A model generated the notes under the pieces. That model made no database searches, was not told the DNA's origin, and saw only the letters and a list, made by a program, of their open reading frames with translations. A DNA stretch of 42,443 nucleotides, from the IMG/VR virus record IMGVR_UViG_3300033553_000816, one strand, 5' to 3'. Origin of the DNA: a virus (Duplodnaviria; Heunggongvirae; Uroviricota; Caudoviricetes). The position numbers and the translations under genes were made by a program. Shown in pieces: positions 36,582 to 42,443 of the stretch (within the stretch, counting starts at the first letter, position 1; each line of letters begins with the position of its first letter).

Positions 36582-36985
36582 AAAAGCACGTTAGCTTAGT
36601 TTATAACAAACATTTTAACAACTTTTGTTATATTGAAGGAGATCGAAAATGAGTAACGTACATGCCGCACAATGCCTAATATTCGCTATAGATAAAAGAA
36701 ACAGTTATGGTTTACCGCCAGGTGGTTTCACCGGTAAACTCCTGGAAGCATGGTTCTCCGCTGACAGTACGAACGCCGCGAAACTCGCTTCAGTTTTCCC
36801 TGACTACGGTGACGTTATGACAGTATACAGAGAAAGAGGTATGAACGGTTTAGAAGAGATCGTAAAGAACCGTTAAGAGTTCAGGAGCCGAACCTGAGGG
36901 TCCTTTCTCTTATGAATGATGTGGGTTTCATTCCTGGCCGCGATATTTTCATTTTATACTAAAAGCACGTTAGCTTAGTTTATAA
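36582..36985 (+). repeat. 25-bp identical direct repeat (36582-36606 and 36961-36985) upstream of paralogous genes
   Basis: AAAAGCACGTTAGCTTAGTTTATAA, twice. Confidence 0.9.
36649..36876 (+). CDS. Small phage-type protein, paralog 1
   Basis: PGGF..KLLEAW..AD..N..KL...FPDYG..KNR*. Confidence 0.75.
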   Translation: MSNVHAAQCLIFAIDKRNSYGLPPGGFTGKLLEAWFSADSTNAAKLASVFPDYGDVMTVYRERGMNGLEEIVKNR

Positions 36986-37018
36986 GGAAATGTTTTAACA
37001 ATTTTGGAGATTACAAGG

Positions 37019-37246
37019 ATGATTAAGGTCACACATCAAGCAGCTAGAACAGTGATATACGCAGCAAGAGAAACTTTACCGAGAGGTAGTTTTGAAAGCG
37101 CCCTATTCAAAGCGTGGTTCAGAGTTAAAGCTGGAAGCCCCGAGGGGGCTGCGCTTACTTCAGCTTTCCCTGAATATGGTGAAGCTATGAAAATTTATGA
37201 AACAGAAGGTACAATGGGTTTAGAAAAGATCTTAAAGAACCGTTAA
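37019..37246 (+). CDS. Small phage-type protein, paralog 2
   Basis: PRGSF..LFKAW..FPEYG..KNR*; RBS GGAG before ATG 37019. Confidence 0.75.
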   Translation: MIKVTHQAARTVIYAARETLPRGSFESALFKAWFRVKAGSPEGAALTSAFPEYGEAMKIYETEGTMGLEKILKNR

Positions 37247-37276
37247 TTACCAACAACTATCAGGAGGTTCGCACCC

Positions 37277-37456
37277 ATGGAAGATAAACTATATTTCGAC
37301 GTTACAGCCGGTGTTTATGTGAAACCAGCTGAAATTACAAACAGGTTCCTCATCGGTTTCCCCAACGCTTTAGGTAAAATATTGTGGGATACCCCGGACC
37401 TTGACTCTGAATGGGATGTTGTTGACAGATACATTCTCAGCCAAGCTAATAATTAA
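37277..37456 (+). CDS. 59-aa hypothetical protein (not in ORF track)
   Basis: RBS AGGAGG; open frame MEDKLYFDV..QANN*. Confidence 0.62.
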   Translation: MEDKLYFDVTAGVYVKPAEITNRFLIGFPNALGKILWDTPDLDSEWDVVDRYILSQANN

Positions 37457-37540
37457 GGAAGTTCAGTAAAATCTCTTGACAAAAAGGCCTTAAGCTTATA
37501 GTATTGTACTCATAAGCAAGGCCTTACAAAGGAGATTATT

Positions 37541-37636
37541 ATGAACAAGTTCTCAACTTTCACTGACCAGCGTGATGTAGGAGTTTACGGTTACGATGTA
37601 GGTGTCCACGGCGGTACCCCCGCAGGTAAGCGCTAA
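37541..37636 (+). CDS. 31-aa peptide
   Basis: TTGACA-17-TAGTAT promoter, RBS AAGGAG; MNKFSTFTDQRDVGVYGYDVGVHGGTPAGKR*. Confidence 0.65.
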   Translation: MNKFSTFTDQRDVGVYGYDVGVHGGTPAGKR

Positions 37637-37648
37637 GGTAACTTAAAC

Positions 37649-37792
37649 ATGAAGAAAGCAGCTGCCTTCCTCACTCGCCACGACCAGCTAATTGATATTG
37701 GCATCTACGGAGACTACAGCGACCAACGGGGACAGAAGAAAGAACTTCTCTCAGACCGCGCTTACAGTATCTTTTTTCATGGTATTTCATGA
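37649..37792 (+). CDS. 47-aa ORF, probably interrupted by TnpB copy 2
   Basis: MKKAAAFLTRHDQLIDIGIYGDYSDQRGQKKELLSDRAY, then SIFFHGIS* from the element right end. Confidence 0.55.
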   Translation: MKKAAAFLTRHDQLIDIGIYGDYSDQRGQKKELLSDRAYSIFFHGIS

Positions 37793-37900
37793 ATTAAGTT
37801 GAGTTGGCTACTTTAGCGTTCACACGCTGAGTATCAACTAGCCTTACTGTTGAAGGCGTTCTCTGAGTGTTTTCCTCGGAGTATCGCACGAGCAAACGCT
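37744..37900 (-). ncRNA. Putative omegaRNA of TnpB copy 2 (element end ~37764, guide AAGCGCGGTCTGAGAGAAGT)
   Basis: Shared 3' scaffold with copy 1; AGCGT-GTGA-ACGCT hairpin. Boundaries approximate. Confidence 0.6.
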
Positions 37901-39263
37901 CGCGGATAATATCACGTTTAACGTATAACCACGCGGCATCATTCTGGGAACGTCCCAGAATGTTTCGTGCTGCGTTAACGTCAGCGTGACCTGTCCAAGC
38001 GCATTTTGTGCATTGGAAGTTTGTTTGTGTTTTGCGGTTTGTTTTGGACACCCAACCGCATTTGCTACATTCTTGTGAGGTGTAGGCAGGGTTTATTGTG
38101 TGGATTGTGATACCGGAAAGTTCAGTTAGGTCTTTGAGTTTTGTGCGGACAGCTCCTCTGCCAGCTCGGGTGAGTAGTCGGTTCATTCTGGGGGATAATT
38201 TACTGTGACGGAAATCAAGAGATTCAACCGCTAAACTACGGATATCCTGAGATGCTAATTTGTTGAGAACACGGTTAACTTCGTTTTTGATGTACTCACT
38301 GATGCGTTTGTTAAACATTTTGTAACGCTTCGAATCGGAGGGCTTAACCCCTTGTTTCTGTAAAGCACTGGTTAAATTAGTGAGCTCCTGGTCACGTTCT
38401 TTCAACCAGGAATAGAGCGCCTGACCGTACTGGTTGCCTCGCGAGTCTGTGAACAGGTTAACAAGACCCCAGTCTAAGCCAATGTCATCCCCGTCAACAC
38501 GCAAATCAGCATCCGGTAGGGTTTTAGTGAGGGCATATGTTACGCGTCCGTTTTTGAGACTTATTTGCGCCCCGTTATTCCATTTTCCTGAGCGCGCTTT
38601 CGCATAATCGTTCAAACTCAAGGGGATAAGAACGGGCTTACCTTTAGTGAGGGTTGAGACGCGCAGCCACATGTCTTGAGAGTTACTAGACTCTTCAAGG
38701 TTCGCTACAGTGCCGTCCATGAGCATTGTTTTCACATGAGAGAAATCCGGAAGTGGTTGTCTCTTAATTGCGCGACGTGCGATATGACGGGCGAGTCTCA
38801 GAATATCCCCCGAAACTTCCCACTCGATTTTCTCCGCACCCTTAGTATGAGTCAACTCACCGGCCTCATCCACCCACATCGGTAAGACAAGTGAAGTGCT
38901 GAACCAGGCTTTGTATTGGTTTATTCTGTAGAGAGTGATTTTAGTGAACTCATCTAATTTGGAATGAGTCACATAAGACTTAAACACGCCCTGCACACGA
39001 GACTCCCATGCGCTCAAACCACCAAACGCTTGCACCCACACAGAGTTAATCTGCCGCGCAGACAACTCAGTATCAAGTTCCATCGTTTTCAACGAGAAAC
39101 GCTTCCTCACTGGCACGCCGCTCAACGTAAAATTACGGTACGCGTAACGTGTAGCATCATTCAAACTCGCCCGCCACGGGATAAGTAGCTCCGCAATTTG
39201 AGTCTCTTTAGACAAGTTTGAGGGTGACGTGATTTTGTATGCTCTCACGGCCATGTGCTTCAC
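37794..39263 (-). CDS. tnpB: TnpB RNA-guided nuclease, copy 2 (489 aa, no adjacent transposase)
   Basis: DIGLDWG, AVESLDF, CSKC..CTKC, HADVNAARNI; all RuvC acidic residues intact. Confidence 0.92.
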   Translation of the reverse strand: MKHMAVRAYKITSPSNLSKETQIAELLIPWRASLNDATRYAYRNFTLSGVPVRKRFSLKTMELDTELSARQINSVWVQAFGGLSAWESRVQGVFKSYVTHSKLDEFTKITLYRINQYKAWFSTSLVLPMWVDEAGELTHTKGAEKIEWEVSGDILRLARHIARRAIKRQPLPDFSHVKTMLMDGTVANLEESSNSQDMWLRVSTLTKGKPVLIPLSLNDYAKARSGKWNNGAQISLKNGRVTYALTKTLPDADLRVDGDDIGLDWGLVNLFTDSRGNQYGQALYSWLKERDQELTNLTSALQKQGVKPSDSKRYKMFNKRISEYIKNEVNRVLNKLASQDIRSLAVESLDFRHSKLSPRMNRLLTRAGRGAVRTKLKDLTELSGITIHTINPAYTSQECSKCGWVSKTNRKTQTNFQCTKCAWTGHADVNAARNILGRSQNDAAWLYVKRDIIRERLLVRYSEENTQRTPSTVRLVDTQRVNAKVANST

Positions 39264-39502
39264 CCCATATAATACGTTTACTGCCTATTATATCATACTT
39301 AGCGTAGAAAAATATAGTGTATAATTTAGATAATACTACGTTTTGTGGCACTAGTCGCCACACTAACGTTTGGTCAGCTGCTTTCGGTGCTTTTGTAATG
39401 GCGCTCTTCTTAGCTTTCAGTTAAATCCCCATCTCAGCCCTAAAAACATTATTCTTTCAGGGACGTTAGAGACTGAATAGCAGAACCAAAAGGGGTGAAA
39501 AA

Positions 39503-39646
39503 ATGAGCTCAATAGAAGACCGCTGGTTAACTAGCATAAAAGCTCTGTTCACACTGAAAAACGCAGGTGTAATAGAGGAACAAGATCTCGAAGAGTGTTT
39601 GAACCTTGTTGACAGTTATATAGAAAATAAGTACGGCAAACTATAG
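39503..39646 (+). CDS. 47-aa hypothetical protein (not in ORF track)
   Basis: RBS AAGGGGTG; MSSIEDRWL..KYGKL*. Confidence 0.55.
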   Translation: MSSIEDRWLTSIKALFTLKNAGVIEEQDLEECLNLVDSYIENKYGKL

Positions 39647-39688
39647 CACCCTGTTGCCGTACTTATTTTTGTTTAATAACTAGTTTTT

Positions 39689-40243
39689 CTAAAAGCCCAT
39701 AGCTTTTTTGATAGCTAAATATTCCCCTATGGATAGTAGAATGTCAGCTTTCGCTTCATGCGGTGTTGGTTTATCGTGTTCGAAACCGTCTAACCATTCG
39801 TCTGCGACAGCCCGTAATGTTGACACGTCAATAACGCGGTAATGGAGATACTCAGAAACTTTAGGTAGGAACTTATCTATGAAGTTAAAGTCTAACCGAA
39901 CAGAGTTACCTGCGAGACGCCCAAACTTAGGTTCTTTAACAAACTTTTGTATATAAGCGAGAAGTTCTTGCTCCACTAGCTCTAAAGGCTTACCCTCAGG
40001 TAGCAGATCCCAAAGGCCGCTGACAGTGTGCATATTAACGACATAAGGATCGGTTTTCTTCTTCAACTCCTCAACCTCTTCAGGGGTGTACCTAATAACA
40101 GCATGGTACCCCTCTTCATCGAAGAAGTTCCCGTCAGGGTCTGTGATGAAACAAGCTACCTCCAGGAGTTTCTCACCCAGAAAAGGGTTAATCCCTGTTG
40201 TTTCCGTGTCAGCCCATATTCCAACCCAATTATTATTACTCAT
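39689..40243 (-). CDS. orn: Oligoribonuclease (DEDDh)
   Basis: WADTETTG, LLEVAC..TD, MH..SGL, LAGNSV..D..F, YRVIDVSTL, HEAKADI. Confidence 0.93.
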   Translation of the reverse strand: MSNNNWVGIWADTETTGINPFLGEKLLEVACFITDPDGNFFDEEGYHAVIRYTPEEVEELKKKTDPYVVNMHTVSGLWDLLPEGKPLELVEQELLAYIQKFVKEPKFGRLAGNSVRLDFNFIDKFLPKVSEYLHYRVIDVSTLRAVADEWLDGFEHDKPTPHEAKADILLSIGEYLAIKKAMGF

Positions 40244-40365
40244 GTTCTTATCCTTAAATATTACGTATTGATACAAAACATTATACCATCAAACATATTT
40301 TTATCAAAAAGATACAGATATTATTGTATATAGACATATAAACAACAAAAGGGAATTTCTTTATT

Positions 40366-41166
40366 ATGATTTATCCGAATTACTCAAATGGTTTAGAACA
40401 AGTAGAAACCATTAACTTATCCTCAATTAATTTCATCTTCACCGCTTTGATGTTAATTGGTCTCGCGACATTAGTTACAGTAGTTATCGCAAATTACAGA
40501 TTCCAAGACAGCAAGGGCAAAAAAGAACTCAAGCTTAAGAGAAAACTAGAGCAACCTGTTATAGCTATTCTGTCCGTGGCTGTCATCGTTATATCTGCGT
40601 TCGCACTCACAGCTTCCTCTAGAATTGAGAATGAAAACTTAGCTGACCAAATGTCCAAAATTCAGCATAACTTAGAACAAAACTACAGTATTGTGTTCTT
40701 GAACGACATTGAAGCTCTTCCAGCTGATGAGGATACGATCATTAAAGTCGCTGTTGCCCCAACGAACGGCAGCTACAATCAGTACTACCCTCCGTATGAC
40801 CTTAGAATGGGCGCTACAGCGTACAACAAGTGCTACTTGACATTGGAGCACGGATACTATGCTATTGAGTGCCTACAGCCCCTTAATGCGTTCCCTATAT
40901 ACTACTATGACACACCTGTGGCGTCCCCTGAGCCGGGTATTCTAAAACCTGAACCTATGCCGAACCCCAACGAACCGTATTGGAACGAACCGGACCAGGG
41001 TGTCTACAACGATTACAACAACATGATGCCAGGGGGAGACATGGGGATGTTAACACCCGAAGGTTCCGCTGCGGGAACATGGGACCGTCAAACTTATGAT
41101 GGTGGCACAGACACCCCCATGGACTATGGCAACGAGTTAGACATGATGGGGCCGGGCTCTCGCTAA
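40366..41166 (+). CDS. Membrane-anchored protein with Pro/Gly/Met-rich tail
   Basis: Two N-terminal TM segments; low-complexity C-terminus. Confidence 0.72.
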   Translation: MIYPNYSNGLEQVETINLSSINFIFTALMLIGLATLVTVVIANYRFQDSKGKKELKLKRKLEQPVIAILSVAVIVISAFALTASSRIENENLADQMSKIQHNLEQNYSIVFLNDIEALPADEDTIIKVAVAPTNGSYNQYYPPYDLRMGATAYNKCYLTLEHGYYAIECLQPLNAFPIYYYDTPVASPEPGILKPEPMPNPNEPYWNEPDQGVYNDYNNMMPGGDMGMLTPEGSAAGTWDRQTYDGGTDTPMDYGNELDMMGPGSR

Positions 41167-41276
41167 GAATTGCCATCAGCAGGTTAGCGAATGACACACG
41201 CCTGCTTGCGCGCCGTAAAGAATTTATTTTCAACGTTCAGTGTTAAACTAATATAAGTAGAAGTGGGTGTATAATT

Positions 41277-41543
41277 ATGGATAATTTAGAGGATCTAATT
41301 ATTGAGGATCTGTATGAGATTCAAAAAAACTTAACCGGTGAGTGGATATTTGCAAGAAAATCCGGCATCAACACAGTTATTAATCGTGTTGACAATAAAC
41401 TTAAAGATAAAACAGCTGCTCAGCAGCATCGCATTTTAGATCAGTTGATAAAAGATTGTCGCATAATATACGGTAAAGGCTTCAAAGGCTTTGATGAGTG
41501 TATCCCCGTTCTGATTAAATACGAAACACAGCTCGAAAAGTAA
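41277..41543 (+). CDS. 88-aa protein, paralog 1
   Basis: LI.EDLY..SGI.TV..ILD.LIKDC..KGFKGF.ECIPVL..Y..Q.EK shared with 41647. Confidence 0.75.
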   Translation: MDNLEDLIIEDLYEIQKNLTGEWIFARKSGINTVINRVDNKLKDKTAAQQHRILDQLIKDCRIIYGKGFKGFDECIPVLIKYETQLEK

Positions 41544-41646
41544 TTTTATGCTGGCGCGATTATGGATTATAAGCCAATCAGACATGACGGGGCCAACATC
41601 TCGTTAGGACTATGTTAACATTCAAACCGAGTAGGGAGTATAAGCC

Positions 41647-41913
41647 ATGGCTGGTTTAGGATATTTGATTATGGAAGATTTGTATCTTCTTCAAAATGAC
41701 GCCCTGAAAGAAGAAAAATATGAGATTTCCTCTGGAATTGGAACAGTTGTAGACTGGGTTGATGATAGTCTCAAAGGTAAAATGAGTAACGAATATTACA
41801 GTATTTTAGATAAATTAATCAAGGATTGTTATTCAACACAATCTAAAGGTTTCAAAGGTTTCAAAGAATGTATACCTGTACTTGTTGGCTACAAAAACCA
41901 ATTCGAAAAATAG
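41647..41913 (+). CDS. 88-aa protein, paralog 2
   Basis: Same length and motifs as 41277. Confidence 0.75.
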   Translation: MAGLGYLIMEDLYLLQNDALKEEKYEISSGIGTVVDWVDDSLKGKMSNEYYSILDKLIKDCYSTQSKGFKGFKECIPVLVGYKNQFEK

Positions 41914-41944
41914 TAATAAACAAATTTAACTAAAGGAGCATATT

Positions 41945-42262
41945 ATGGCAGGATCTCTGACTGGTGTTGAAAAATATATTGAACAATTCCGGGATACCGG
42001 ATGGACTGAATGGTTAAATGAAGATGAGTTACGACGCATGTGGGAAGAAACCAACGGAGTAGCTGACCATAAAAATTTCACTAAAGCAATTAGAAACAGG
42101 AAATTCAACGAATGTGTTGCTTACGAATGTGTGAACGGGAACTGTACAATCCTTTGGCATCCGTTCTTCGGTAACACCGGAGGGGTAGGTATCCCCGGAT
42201 GTTCTTGTGATGATATGGAAGACCCGCGTGGAGTTTTAATGGAGGAAACTAACGATGAGTGA
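41945..42262 (+). CDS. Cys-containing hypothetical protein
   Basis: RBS AAGGAG; YEC..GNC..WH..GCSC. Confidence 0.68.
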   Translation: MAGSLTGVEKYIEQFRDTGWTEWLNEDELRRMWEETNGVADHKNFTKAIRNRKFNECVAYECVNGNCTILWHPFFGNTGGVGIPGCSCDDMEDPRGVLMEETNDE

Positions 42263-42443
42263 ATCGTTAGTAAATAAACGAGTTATCATCTGCTCAGTGG
42301 ATCATCCTGATGGCGCGGCAGCTGAAACAGCGGTTTACACGGAACGCGATTACGATTATTCTCTAGAATCCTGGCAGCTTCTTGAACGGCTTCAGCGTCT
42401 CTACCCTAACTGCGAATTGCGTATAGAGGAAATTAAAGAATAA
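42255..42443 (+). CDS. Small hypothetical protein
   Basis: RBS GGAGG; stop at the window end. Confidence 0.6.
   Translation: MSESLVNKRVIICSVDHPDGAAAETAVYTERDYDYSLESWQLLERLQRLYPNCELRIEEIKE

Noticed and set aside
1-42443. Stop-codon reassignment, as in some large phages
   Set aside because: Recognisable genes are full-length under code 11 and end in TAA, TAG or TGA. The only break is a homopolymer frameshift.

Overview
Gene-dense, AT-rich mosaic of short hypothetical ORFs and host-like accessory genes on both strands. There are no rRNA, tRNA, core-operon or virion genes. NucS, actinobacterial-type thymidine kinase, Orn, RecX, TrmH, TilS and Pth2-like genes, plus probable leaderless starts, point to a large phage (jumbo-like) or large plasmid of an Actinomycetota host; this is inference. 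Mobile content: four TnpB genes (two related ~490-aa copies, one frameshifted copy and one complete IS607). Candidate systems: (1) a PurA-like/vWA/J-domain-pseudokinase trio; (2) a WGR-MoxR AAA+ and metallopeptidase-vWA pair followed by two long hairpins sharing a CCCTTCCCTTCC loop, with hairpin 1's loop complementary to the AAA gene's ribosome-binding site; (3) a radical SAM plus 'TNSSS' protein pair; (4) a 6x38-bp array whose last copy supplies the tilS -35 box; (5) a 640-bp structured non-coding region resembling an origin; (6) a recurrent CCG(A/T)TA promoter-like motif. All calls come from motif recognition by eye; no searches were run.
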